Below, piece after piece: positions 9,082 to 18,331 of a DNA stretch of 64,000 nt (its first letter is position 1; each line of letters starts with the position of its first letter). Under the pieces are notes generated by a model that saw only the letters and a program-made list of their open reading frames with translations, had not been told where the DNA came from and searched no databases. A program made the translations under genes and the position numbers. Origin of the DNA: Candidatus Omnitrophota bacterium (lineage in GTDB: Bacteria; Omnitrophota; Gorgyraeia; Duberdicusellales; 4484-171); assembly GCA_014729775.1 (NCBI GenBank), contig WJJJ01000031.1:7074-71073 (forward strand). Reading direction: 5' to 3'.

Positions 9082-9615
9082 TTACAGGAAGTCTGCGGGA
9101 GTAAACAACGCATCCAGCGGGCAGCCGTGTGATGCCAGTGCTTCTGCTGCTCCCTCCTGACGATCGATCACGGTATAGGCCCGGCTTACTTCGATATCGT
9201 GTTCTTTCAGCACGTTGAGTGAGTGGATCAGCGACCCGCCGCTGGTGGCTACGTCGTCCAGGATGACCGCTTTGGTACCGGGAGAAAGTTCCTTCCCTTC
9301 GATCATTTTCTGTTGGCCGTGTTTTTTCGGCGTTTTTCGGATGAGGAAGGCATGCATATTTTTTCCGGATTGATACGCGCATACACAGATCCCTCCGACG
9401 ATCGGGTCCGCTCCCAGCGTGGGACCTCCTATCACGGCGCAATTATCCCGCCGGATCCGTTCCCATAATAAAGAAGAAATGAGAAAAAGACCCTGTGACG
9501 TTAAGGAAACTCTCCGTACATCGATATAATAATCGCTTTCTTTTCCGGAAGAGAGCATGACCTTTTTTTTAAAGAATGCGTCTTTTTTCAGAAGGGCGAG
9601 CAGTTGGCTTTTCAT
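9082..9615 (-). CDS. pyrE: orotate phosphoribosyltransferase
   Basis: PRPP-binding motif VILDDVATSGGS; 177 aa. Confidence 0.85.
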   Translation of the reverse strand: MKSQLLALLKKDAFFKKKVMLSSGKESDYYIDVRRVSLTSQGLFLISSLLWERIRRDNCAVIGGPTLGADPIVGGICVCAYQSGKNMHAFLIRKTPKKHGQQKMIEGKELSPGTKAVILDDVATSGGSLIHSLNVLKEHDIEVSRAYTVIDRQEGAAEALASHGCPLDALFTPADFL

Positions 9616-9644
9616 AGAAGATATTATAGCCGGAAACGAAAAAC

Positions 9645-9673
9645 TTGCAAGATGGACCTTTTTCCCATATAAT
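9645..9673 (+). promoter_or_regulatory. sigma70-like promoter TTGCAA-N17-TATAAT for the Na/Pi cotransporter gene
   Basis: Plus strand reads TTGCAAGATGGACCTTTTTCCCATATAAT, about 45 nt upstream of the ATG at 9716. Confidence 0.5.
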
Positions 9674-9715
9674 TTCTACACTGATTTCCTTCAGATGAAT
9701 CGATGAATTTCTGTC

Positions 9716-10837
9716 ATGGTCAAAGACCGAACTAATTCAATTCTCAGGATCCTGTCGGTTGTTTTCTTCCTGTATCTTTTTCTCGTAAGCATCGGGCTTA
9801 TGGGAGAAGCGTTTAAGGGCTTCGGGCGCGATTTTGCCCAACGCCTGATTGCTACTACCTCCAATCCGTTTGTCGGTTTATTTATAGGTATCCTCACCAC
9901 GAGTCTCGTGCAGAGTTCCTCTACGACTACATGTATCGTGGTCGGCATGGTAAGTTCCGGCGTTCTCACTGTACCGAACGCGGTTCCGATCGTCTTAGGG
10001 GCGAACGTGGGCACCACGGTGACCAATACTCTCGTCTCACTGGGCCATATCAGCCGCCGGGAAGAATTCAAACGCGCGGTCAGCGGAAGTACGGTGCATG
10101 ATTTTTTCAATCTGATGTGTGTCGCGATTATTCTTCCGCTTGAGCTGTTGACGGGATTCTTAAGTACCGCGGCAGTTTCGATGACAAAAATATTCGCCAA
10201 TTTCGGAGGGTTTCAGTTTACCAGTCCTTTAAAAGCGGTGACGGAGCCTGGGATTGACCAATGTGTTGCGTTGATTAAAAGTTTTCCTCTTACGGCCCCT
10301 TTGACCTCTCTTCTTCTTCTTGCGATTTCCTGTGTATTCCTGTTTCTTTCCCTTTATTTCATCGTGAAAAATATGCGGGGGCTGGTTGTTGACCGGGTTG
10401 AAATTCTCTTGAATAACGTGGTAGGACGACACGGTCTGCTGGCGATTTTCGCCGGTATGATTTTTACTGCCGTCATTCAGAGCAGTTCCATTACCACTTC
10501 TCTGATGATTCCTCTTGTCGCGTCGGGTATTCTTACTGTGGAAACGATCTTCCCTATTACCATGGGGGCGAATATCGGTACTACTGTGACCTCGATGCTT
10601 GCCGCATTCGCCACGGGGAATCCCGCGGCGATCTCGGTGGCTTTTTCTCATTTTCTCTTTAATCTCATCGGGGTAACCGTCCTCTATCCTATTCGCATAC
10701 TGCGTACGGTACCCGTACGGATGGCGCTGCACCTGGGGAATCTCGCCTATCGGCGGAGAAGATACGTACCGATATATGTGTTAACGCTGTTTTTTCTTAT
10801 CCCGGCGTTGTTGATATTCATTTCGCGGATTTTTTAA
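9716..10837 (+). CDS. Na+/phosphate cotransporter (type II Na/Pi family)
   Basis: Two internal repeats, each carrying the QSSS...T signature (VQSSSTTTCIVVG and IQSSSITTSLMIP); polytopic. Confidence 0.75.
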   Translation: MVKDRTNSILRILSVVFFLYLFLVSIGLMGEAFKGFGRDFAQRLIATTSNPFVGLFIGILTTSLVQSSSTTTCIVVGMVSSGVLTVPNAVPIVLGANVGTTVTNTLVSLGHISRREEFKRAVSGSTVHDFFNLMCVAIILPLELLTGFLSTAAVSMTKIFANFGGFQFTSPLKAVTEPGIDQCVALIKSFPLTAPLTSLLLLAISCVFLFLSLYFIVKNMRGLVVDRVEILLNNVVGRHGLLAIFAGMIFTAVIQSSSITTSLMIPLVASGILTVETIFPITMGANIGTTVTSMLAAFATGNPAAISVAFSHFLFNLIGVTVLYPIRILRTVPVRMALHLGNLAYRRRRYVPIYVLTLFFLIPALLIFISRIF

Positions 10838-10851
10838 ACTAAGGAGGCACT

Positions 10852-11532
10852 ATGTTTCATAATCTTCTGCAATTCTGGAAAGGAAAAGGATTTCTCAATC
10901 AAGTGCTCGCGGACTTTCAAATCATGCTTGATGATACTGAAAAAATGTATCGCGCTGTATGTCGCGCGTTGTTTTTCCGGGAAGATCAGCCGGGGTTGTC
11001 GGAAAAAGTGTATTCGATCGATCAGCAGGTGAATAGGCTTGAACGCGAGATACGTAAACGGGTGGTCGAGCACCTTTCCGTACAGCCTTCCGGCGACGTA
11101 GCGACGTGTCTTCTGCTGATGAGTGTGGTCAAAGATGCCGAGCGGCTCGGTGATTATGCGAAAAATCTTCTCGAAGTCGATAAGCTTCTGCAAAAGCCGC
11201 TGGAACAGCGGCATCATTATCTCCGGGTGTTCCAGCAACTGGAAGGATCGGTCGCGAAACTGTTTACTCAGACAAAGAAAGCGTTTATCGAATCCGATGA
11301 AAAGATCGCTGCCGAAACATGGAATGTGGAACGGACGATCCTGAAACGCTGCGAAGAAATTATTGAGGGGGTAGCGCAAAGCACGGACCTGACGGCGAAT
11401 GAGGCGGCATGTTTTGTGTTAATTGCGCGATATTTCAAACGTATTACCGCCCACCTTGCGAATATCGCGACTTCCGTGATTTTGCCGCTTTCCGATCTGG
11501 ATTATTTTGATGAGCGGCGTCGAGGGGAATGA
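10852..11532 (+). CDS. PhoU-domain protein (phosphate-transport-associated regulator)
   Basis: PhoU-like helical repeats (DxxVNRLEREI, DAERLGDYAKN), immediately downstream of the Na/Pi cotransporter. Confidence 0.65.
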   Translation: MFHNLLQFWKGKGFLNQVLADFQIMLDDTEKMYRAVCRALFFREDQPGLSEKVYSIDQQVNRLEREIRKRVVEHLSVQPSGDVATCLLLMSVVKDAERLGDYAKNLLEVDKLLQKPLEQRHHYLRVFQQLEGSVAKLFTQTKKAFIESDEKIAAETWNVERTILKRCEEIIEGVAQSTDLTANEAACFVLIARYFKRITAHLANIATSVILPLSDLDYFDERRRGE

Positions 11533-11924
11533 TCGGCAGCGGAGGTCAACGCGGCCAGGATCTTGCGGTCCACCGGAGCCAGATCCATCGTTCCTGCTTC
11601 GGACAGCGAAAGAAAGCGCAGGGCGTGACAGTCTTTGGTGCGGGGACGGCCCTTTTTTATCCGGCAGCGGAATAAGGATACGGTAATTTTGAGGAACGGG
11701 TTTTCGTCCGTAAATTCACCGATGAGGTCTTCGGCCTTTATTTCAATATCAAGCTCTTCTTCGATTTCCCGTTCGATCGCGGCCGTGAGCGTTTCCTCCG
11801 GTTCCACTTTCCCTCCGGGAAATTCCCAGAGAAGGCCGTAATGATCTTCGGGATTCCGCTGGCAAAGCAGGATTTTTCCCTGGTGGCCGATCAGCGCGGC
11901 GACGATCTCCATTTCTTTCTTCAT
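11502..11924 (-). CDS. NUDIX hydrolase (MutT-like)
   Basis: Nudix box GGKVEPEETLTAAIEREIEEELDI. The start MKKEM overlaps the upstream stop as ATGA and is preceded by GGAGGGG. Confidence 0.8.
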   Translation of the reverse strand: MKKEMEIVAALIGHQGKILLCQRNPEDHYGLLWEFPGGKVEPEETLTAAIEREIEEELDIEIKAEDLIGEFTDENPFLKITVSLFRCRIKKGRPRTKDCHALRFLSLSEAGTMDLAPVDRKILAALTSAADHSPRRRSSK

Positions 11925-13396
11925 CCGTGTCCCCTCCATGCGGGTAAAAGCTCTTTCGCGAAAATCGTGTCCAGCCCGAGGATGTCATGAGGATCGAAGT
12001 AATGTTTCAGTGCTGCCATTTCTCTTATCCGGTGTGCCGGGTACATCAGCCGCAGAAGATCTCTTTTCAGTTTTCCGATTCCGTGTTCTGCGGATACCGT
12101 CCCGCCTAAGGCGACCGCTCTTTCACAGAACAGGATGAGATACTTTTTTGCTTTGCGTTCTTCCTTTTTATTCCGAGGAAGGAAATTAAAGTGGAGATGG
12201 GATTCTCCGATATGGCCGAAATTGACATAGGGCAGGCCTGATTCCTCTCCGAGGGTTTTATAGTACCGGTACATCTGCCTAAATGCCCGCCGCGGCACCG
12301 CGATATCGGTCGCTCTTTTTACCACGCGGTGTTGACGAAGATATTCATTGATATGCTGGGGAAGCGAATGACGGAAGGAGAAAATACGTTCTCTTTCCTG
12401 CGGTGTGTCGGCAAGGATGCTTTGACCGGCATCCGCTCCGTGCGTTTCGGCAAGCTGCACCCACTGCGCCATCGCGGGTTCGTACTCCGGCTCTCGTTCG
12501 ATTTCCTGTTCAAAATAGACAGCGGTTCCTGAAGCGGGAATAAACGGATTCTCGTCGCGTAAAAATTCAAGTGAACGGGCATCAAAATATTCCAGCGCGG
12601 CCGGGCAGAGTATTCCGCGCGCGGTCAAACTCCTTGCGTGTTCGACCAGGCGAAACGCCCGGCGTTCGTCCGGGAGAAACAAAAGGCCGTAAAAGGAAGT
12701 GAACGGTATTTTTTGCAGTTGAAGGACGATCCTGGTAATGATCCCCAGCGTGCCTTCGCTGCCGATAATCAGGTCAATCAGATCGAGATCATTCGTGGCT
12801 CGGTAGCCTGCTTGAGTTTTGATCCCGGGTGCGGTATAGCCGGGGAGAATGAGATCGAAAGTTTTCCGGGGGAATTCGGCGTATAGCTTCCGGCCGCAAG
12901 CCCGATGGCGGCCGCGGCGTATGGTGATCGATTCACCGGTGGTGAGCAGCAGATCAAGCGAGCGGATATACGTACGGATGGAACCGTATTTAAATCCGCG
13001 GACTCCCGATGCGCAGGTACCGACGATTCCCCCGGCCCTCGCCAGCCATTCGGTGGATGCGGCCCGCAGAGTGTATCCGTGGGGACGCGCCGCCTGGTTG
13101 AGATCGTCGAGACTCACTCCCGGTTCGATGACCGCTATTCCCCTGTCAGGATCAATAGAGTGAATTCTCTGGAGATTTTCCACGGAACAGAGCGCACCGC
13201 TTTGCGGTATTCCCGCGCCGGTAGTGCCGGTACGGCCGGCGGATACGGTAAAAGGGATGCGGGAGGCGCGGCATTGCGCCAATGCGGAGTGAATCTCTTC
13301 GGTACGGTCGGGAATGTAGACGACGTCGGCGTACCCCGGGATATTTGAGGTGTCTTCCAAATAACTGTCGAGATCCGGCCCGGATTTTGTTTTCAT
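11921..13396 (-). CDS. FAD-linked oxidase (GlcD / D-lactate dehydrogenase family)
   Basis: PCMH-type FAD-binding N-terminus and a C-terminal SAEHGIGKLK motif. Confidence 0.7.
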   Translation of the reverse strand: MKTKSGPDLDSYLEDTSNIPGYADVVYIPDRTEEIHSALAQCRASRIPFTVSAGRTGTTGAGIPQSGALCSVENLQRIHSIDPDRGIAVIEPGVSLDDLNQAARPHGYTLRAASTEWLARAGGIVGTCASGVRGFKYGSIRTYIRSLDLLLTTGESITIRRGRHRACGRKLYAEFPRKTFDLILPGYTAPGIKTQAGYRATNDLDLIDLIIGSEGTLGIITRIVLQLQKIPFTSFYGLLFLPDERRAFRLVEHARSLTARGILCPAALEYFDARSLEFLRDENPFIPASGTAVYFEQEIEREPEYEPAMAQWVQLAETHGADAGQSILADTPQERERIFSFRHSLPQHINEYLRQHRVVKRATDIAVPRRAFRQMYRYYKTLGEESGLPYVNFGHIGESHLHFNFLPRNKKEERKAKKYLILFCERAVALGGTVSAEHGIGKLKRDLLRLMYPAHRIREMAALKHYFDPHDILGLDTIFAKELLPAWRGHG

Positions 13397-13409
13397 GGCA
13401 AGCGCGGTT

Positions 13410-14651
13410 TCAGGCTTCCTGAGCTAAAAACGGAATGATTTCCGAAAGCGTGGGGTGCACGAACATCATTTCCGCGAGATTATCGGTCGTAAGGCGGCGT
13501 TGTACGCATACCGTGATAATATGAATTAATTCCGCGGCTCTCTCTGAGAGTACAGAGGCGCCGAGTATTCTGTGGTCCTCTCCTACAATGAGTTCCAGAT
13601 ATCCTTCCGTATCATCGTATACACGGGCCGAGGAATACTGAGCGAAGTGCGTGCCCAGAACCGAATGCGTGATTTTTCTCCGTTCGGCTTCTTGCCTGCC
13701 GATTCCGACCCGGGCCAGTTGAGGCGAAGAAAACACGCATGACGGTATTACGGGATAGTTTTCCTTTTTGCTCTTGCCGGCGGCATTGGCGGCGATCAGT
13801 TCCCCCTGATAAGCGGCGGTATAGGCCAGCAGATACTTCCCGTTGACGTCGCCGCAGGCATAAATATGGGGCTCTTTTGTGCGCAGATACTCATCGGTAA
13901 GGATCCATCCGCGGGAATCGCGTGCGATGGGGGTGTGTTCCAGCCCGAGTCCGTCGGTGTGTGCGGTCCGGCCGGCGGCGACCAGGATATGATCATATTC
14001 ATTCAGGGGATACTCATGTATGTCTTTACCCGTGTGGATCTCGATCCCTCTTTTTTTTAAAGCGGTTTTTAAACGGGCAGTGATCTGCCGGTCGAATCCG
14101 GACAGGATCCTTGGTTCTTTTTCGACGACGGTGACTTCCTGTCCGAATTGCCTGAGCAGTCCCGCGATTTCGATTCCGATGTAGCCGGCCCCGACGATCA
14201 GACTGCGCCGGCCGATACGCGGGCAGGAGAATATCTGCTCGGCGGGCATTACCCCTTTTCCTTGAAGAAATATCTGGGGCCGGGATCCGACCGCGATTAC
14301 GTACACGCGGGCCGTAATTTTCCGGGAACCCACTTCAAGCGTATGCGGGTCGCGAAAGGAGGCCTTTCCCCATATAAGGTCTATCCCGGATTTGCGGAAA
14401 AAGTCCGGCAGCGGACGTTTCATTTGATCAATGGCCGAATTCTTTTCCCGGAAGATGTTTTCCCACTGTGCGGATGAACCGGCGCGGTGCAGAAAAAATT
14501 TTGTGGGGATACAGCCGGTATTCAGGCAGACTCCGCCCAGGTGGTTCTGGTCCTGTTCGACAAGCGCGGTGGTGAGACCGAACGCCCGGGCCTTTTTTGC
14601 GCAGGCCAGGCCGCCGGGACCGCTTCCGATTATCGCAATGTCATACTTCAC
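13410..14651 (-). CDS. dihydrolipoyl dehydrogenase-like pyridine nucleotide-disulfide oxidoreductase
   Basis: GxGxxG FAD site MKYDIAIIGSGPGG, redox disulfide GGVCLNTGCIPTK, and C-terminal HPTLSE interface motif. Confidence 0.7.
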   Translation of the reverse strand: MKYDIAIIGSGPGGLACAKKARAFGLTTALVEQDQNHLGGVCLNTGCIPTKFFLHRAGSSAQWENIFREKNSAIDQMKRPLPDFFRKSGIDLIWGKASFRDPHTLEVGSRKITARVYVIAVGSRPQIFLQGKGVMPAEQIFSCPRIGRRSLIVGAGYIGIEIAGLLRQFGQEVTVVEKEPRILSGFDRQITARLKTALKKRGIEIHTGKDIHEYPLNEYDHILVAAGRTAHTDGLGLEHTPIARDSRGWILTDEYLRTKEPHIYACGDVNGKYLLAYTAAYQGELIAANAAGKSKKENYPVIPSCVFSSPQLARVGIGRQEAERRKITHSVLGTHFAQYSSARVYDDTEGYLELIVGEDHRILGASVLSERAAELIHIITVCVQRRLTTDNLAEMMFVHPTLSEIIPFLAQEA

Positions 14652-15552
14652 GGAATGCGTCCATCAACGTGCGAAGCTGGGTGTGTTCTCCTTCGCTAAG
14701 TTCGAATTCCAGGATGCGTTCGATCCCCTGCCGGGAAATCACGCAGGGAGCTCCCATGCACACATCATGCCTGCCGAATTCTCCGTTGAGCAGTACCGAT
14801 ACCGGGAAGATACGGTGGCCGTCAGCGGCGATCGCTTCCACGAGCTGGGAGATCGCGGCTGCAGGGGCAAAGTGTGCGCTTCCCGTTTTTAAATGGCCGA
14901 CGATTTCCGCTCCCCGCTGTTGTACCCGGGTACGGAGTTCATCAAGATCCTGAGCGGGAAACAACTGCGGAAGCGGAGTGCCTTCGATATGGATTCGCTC
15001 GGGATTCACTACCATGTCTTTGGAGTGGGCGCCGAACACGAATCCTCCGATATTGGCCGCGGAGATTCCGCTTTTCTGTGAAAGAATGTTCATCATCCGG
15101 GAGGTGTCGAGTGAGGATCCCATCCCGAAAACCCGCGTGCGCGGCAGGCCCGAGGCGCGAACCGCAACCCGGGTGATCAGATCCAGGGGATTGGTGACCA
15201 GGATGAAAATCGCGTCTGGGCTCGCGGCGGCAACCGGTTTCACGATTGATTCAATGATGAGTTTGTTCTTTTCATAGAGATCGGCCCGGGTCATTCCCTG
15301 CTTTCTGGGGAGTCCGGCCGTGACGATGACGATGTCTGATTCCGCGGCGAGGGCCGCTTCTGTCCCGGCGAGAATTTTGGTGGGAAAGCCCAGGATTCCG
15401 CGGGTGTCCTCCAAGTCAAGACCGATTCCCGCGGCGCGGCCTCCGGCGGTGTCGATAAGCGCCAGCTTAGCCGGAGAGGTACGGTTGAGAATTTGGAACG
15501 CGGCCGTGGCTCCGACGTGGCCGCATCCTATCATTGAAATTTTTTTTATCAT
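14641..15552 (-). CDS. mdh: malate/lactate dehydrogenase (LDH-like MDH family)
   Basis: MIKKISMIGCGHVGATAA Rossmann start; 303 aa. Start overlaps the upstream gene as ATGA. Confidence 0.75.
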   Translation of the reverse strand: MIKKISMIGCGHVGATAAFQILNRTSPAKLALIDTAGGRAAGIGLDLEDTRGILGFPTKILAGTEAALAAESDIVIVTAGLPRKQGMTRADLYEKNKLIIESIVKPVAAASPDAIFILVTNPLDLITRVAVRASGLPRTRVFGMGSSLDTSRMMNILSQKSGISAANIGGFVFGAHSKDMVVNPERIHIEGTPLPQLFPAQDLDELRTRVQQRGAEIVGHLKTGSAHFAPAAAISQLVEAIAADGHRIFPVSVLLNGEFGRHDVCMGAPCVISRQGIERILEFELSEGEHTQLRTLMDAFREV

Positions 15553-16646
15553 GCCGATGCCTTACTTTTGATTTTTTCGCAAATTGCTTGGGCCATTTCG
15601 TCGGTACTGACCGCGCTGGGATCGTCGCGGTCGTCCTTGAGATCATAGGTGACGGATTTTCCTTCTTCGATGACTTCTCTGGTCGCGTTTTCGAGCTGGA
15701 CTGCTTTTTCGTATTCTCCCAGATGTTTCAGCATGAGCACTGCCGAGAAAATTGTGGCGGCGGGATTCACTTTATTTTTCCCCGCGTATTTCGGCGCACT
15801 TCCGTGAGTAGGCTCGAACACGGCGATCTCATCGCCGATGTTCGCGCCGGCGGCAAGTCCAAGCCCTCCGATCAGTCCGGCAGCCAGGTCTGAAACAATG
15901 TCTCCGTAGAGATTGGGCAACACCAGGATATCGAAATGCCCGGGACGTTTTACCAGCTGCATGGAAAGATTATCCACGATCGCGTCTTTGACGATGATCT
16001 TTTCTTCGTAACTTTTCGCTACGTCCATAAACGTCCGCAGAAACAGTCCGTCCGAACATTTCATGATGTTCGCTTTATGGATACAGGTTACTTTCTTTCG
16101 TTTATTTTTGAGGGCGTATTCACACGCGAATTTCGCGATCCTCGCGGAGGCGTACCGGGAAATCGGCTTTATCGAAAGCGCGCTTCCCTGGCGTATTTGG
16201 GCCCGGGACATTCCGTTCATCGTGCTGATCAGTTTTTCGGCTTCGTCGCTTCCGGCTTCGAATTCGACGCCGCTATAGAGATCTTCGGTGTTTTCCCTCA
16301 TTACTACCAAATCCACATCGTGAAAAGGAACTCCCGGGATACGTAACGATTTTACCGGACGCAGGCACACGAAGAGATCGAACATTTGCCGAATGGTGAC
16401 GTTGATCGAGCGGAATCCTTTACCGACCGGAGTGGTGATCGGACCTTTCAGCGCGACCTTATTTTTTTTGATCGCTTCGACGGTGTGTGCGGGCAGGAGT
16501 TCTCCCTCCTGTTCGTAAGCTGTTTCTCCGGCGGTATGCACGTCCCAGGCGATATCAACGTCCAGGGCGTCCACGCATTTCCGGGTGGCTCCCGTGACTT
16601 CCGGTCCGATTCCGTCTCCGGGTATTAAGGTGATGGGATAACTCAT
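15549..16646 (-). CDS. isocitrate/isopropylmalate dehydrogenase family; sequence closest to NAD-dependent isocitrate (or homoisocitrate) dehydrogenase
   Basis: ITLIPGDGIGPEV, NLYGDIVSDLAAGLIGGLG and KVTCIHKANIMKCSDGLF (HKANIM is IDH-like; LeuB normally has DKANVL). Start MSYPITLIP is preceded by AAAGGA. Confidence 0.6.
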   Translation of the reverse strand: MSYPITLIPGDGIGPEVTGATRKCVDALDVDIAWDVHTAGETAYEQEGELLPAHTVEAIKKNKVALKGPITTPVGKGFRSINVTIRQMFDLFVCLRPVKSLRIPGVPFHDVDLVVMRENTEDLYSGVEFEAGSDEAEKLISTMNGMSRAQIRQGSALSIKPISRYASARIAKFACEYALKNKRKKVTCIHKANIMKCSDGLFLRTFMDVAKSYEEKIIVKDAIVDNLSMQLVKRPGHFDILVLPNLYGDIVSDLAAGLIGGLGLAAGANIGDEIAVFEPTHGSAPKYAGKNKVNPAATIFSAVLMLKHLGEYEKAVQLENATREVIEEGKSVTYDLKDDRDDPSAVSTDEMAQAICEKIKSKASA

Positions 16647-16732
16647 ACGCGGTCCTTTCTTTTTGTGTTCGTCCGGCCGCATGCGCGGCGGCTGCGGGAG
16701 ATCGTTCTGGAGGGAGTCCCGACCACACGGAG

Positions 16733-17239
16733 TTACCGTGTGAGTGACAGATCTCCGTGTGTGTTCAGATAGTTGATGATCCCCCCGGTCTGGATAAGTT
16801 CTTTCTGGAAATCATTCCAGGGAGTGAACCGGATTTCCCGTGCGGAGTCGCGCGTAGTGAGAAAGCCGGTATCCAGGTTTACTGACACGTGGTCTCCTTC
16901 GGTGAGTCCGGACGTATCTGCTTCGACCAGCGGTAATCCGATATTGAACGCATTGCGGTAAAAAATCCGGGCGAAATTTTTCGCGATCACGCAGTTGATG
17001 CCCGCCTCCTTGATGGCCCAGGGCGCCTGTTCCCGGGAAGAACCCATCCCAAAATTTTCTCCGGCAATGAGAATTGCGTTGCCATGGTCGATTTCGTCAT
17101 AGAAATTGGGACGGATATCTTCGAACAGATACTTTGCCAGTTCTTTCATGTCGGTAATTTTGAATTTATAGCGTCCGGAGATAATCCAGTCCGTGTTGAT
17201 GTTGTCGCCGAATACGTGTGCTTTTCCTTCCAGTATCAT
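16733..17239 (-). CDS. leuD: 3-isopropylmalate dehydratase / aconitase-family small subunit (LeuD-like)
   Basis: 168-aa short-type LeuD/HacB (GENFGMGSSREQAPWAI). Confidence 0.7.
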   Translation of the reverse strand: MILEGKAHVFGDNINTDWIISGRYKFKITDMKELAKYLFEDIRPNFYDEIDHGNAILIAGENFGMGSSREQAPWAIKEAGINCVIAKNFARIFYRNAFNIGLPLVEADTSGLTEGDHVSVNLDTGFLTTRDSAREIRFTPWNDFQKELIQTGGIINYLNTHGDLSLTR

Positions 17240-17265
17240 TACGGTCCTTTCCTTTCCCGTTCAAA

Positions 17266-18315
17266 CTACAAACTCTCGAATTCCTTTACGTTCTTGACTT
17301 TCGTCAGGGCGATTTCTTTCGAAATCACTCCTTTTCGGTAGAAATCTTTTAAGCACTTATCCATTGTATACATGCCGTATTGCGCGCCCATTTGCATCAG
17401 CGAAGGAATTTGGGCTACCTCCCCTTCGCGGATCAGGTTTCTGATCCCGGGTGTGGCGATCATGATCTCGGTTGCGAGCACCCGGCCGATTCCGCCCTTT
17501 TTCGGCAGCAACAGTTGGGAAATCACTCCCTGGAGGGAATCGGCGAGCTGAATGCGCACCTGTTTCTGCTGATGCGGAGGGAATACGTCGATAATCCGCT
17601 GTACCGTTTGCGGCGCGTCGGGCGTGTGGAGTGTCGCCAGCACCAGATGTCCGGTTTCCGCGGCGGTGAGAGTGGTGGAAATCGTCTGCAAATCCCTCAT
17701 TTCTCCGACGACAATCACGTCGGGGTCCTGACGCAGGGCCCGACGGAGTGCTTCCGGAAACGAATGGGTATCGGAATATACTTCCCGTTGTTTGACCACG
17801 CTTTTTTTGTTGGTATACACAAATTCAATGGGATCCTCGATGCATACAATCATCTGTTGTGTTTCGCGGTTGATGATGTCGATCATTGTTGCCAGCGTGG
17901 TGCTTTTCCCCGTGCCGGTGGGCCCGGTGAGCAGGACCAGACCGTTTGGTTTGCGGCTCAGATCGTGCACGATATTGGGGATTCCCAGGTCGTCCAGGGA
18001 GGGAATTTCTTTGGGGATCCGCCGAAGGGCCGCTTCGATATTTCCGCGCTGGTAATGTACGTTAATACGGAACCGGTCCATGTCCGGAAGGGCGAACGAA
18101 TAATCCAGTTCCTTATCCCTTTCGAACATCGCTTTTTGCTCATCGTTGAGAATACTGTAAATAAGCGTTTTCGTGTCCTGTGAACCGAGCACCGGAAGGT
18201 CGGGAAGAAACAGATTGCCGTCGATGCGTAAAATAGGAGGACGGTCAACGGTGATATGCAGGTCACTTGCTTTTTTTTCGATTGTCAGTTTGAGTAAACT
18301 GGTGATGTCGACCAT
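17266..18315 (-). CDS. pilT: type IV pilus retraction ATPase PilT
   Basis: Walker A LLTGPTGTGKSTTLATMID, Asp box, and PilT-type N- and C-terminal domains. 349 aa. Confidence 0.85.
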   Translation of the reverse strand: MVDITSLLKLTIEKKASDLHITVDRPPILRIDGNLFLPDLPVLGSQDTKTLIYSILNDEQKAMFERDKELDYSFALPDMDRFRINVHYQRGNIEAALRRIPKEIPSLDDLGIPNIVHDLSRKPNGLVLLTGPTGTGKSTTLATMIDIINRETQQMIVCIEDPIEFVYTNKKSVVKQREVYSDTHSFPEALRRALRQDPDVIVVGEMRDLQTISTTLTAAETGHLVLATLHTPDAPQTVQRIIDVFPPHQQKQVRIQLADSLQGVISQLLLPKKGGIGRVLATEIMIATPGIRNLIREGEVAQIPSLMQMGAQYGMYTMDKCLKDFYRKGVISKEIALTKVKNVKEFESL

Positions 18316-18331
18316 CGTTTCCCCCCTCTGC

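Noticed and set aside
9651-9663. 13-mer ATGGACCTTTTTC shared between the Na/Pi promoter spacer (9651) and the region upstream of the tRNA-Thr promoter (about 50608)
   Set aside because: Dozens of 13-mer matches are expected by chance in 64 kb on two strands. The positions relative to the -35 box differ, so it is not treated as a motif.
15549-16646. Calling the dehydrogenase LeuB outright because leuC/leuD-like genes are adjacent
   Set aside because: The HKANIM...SDGLF region matches isocitrate/homoisocitrate dehydrogenases rather than LeuB (DKANVL), so the call is left at family level.
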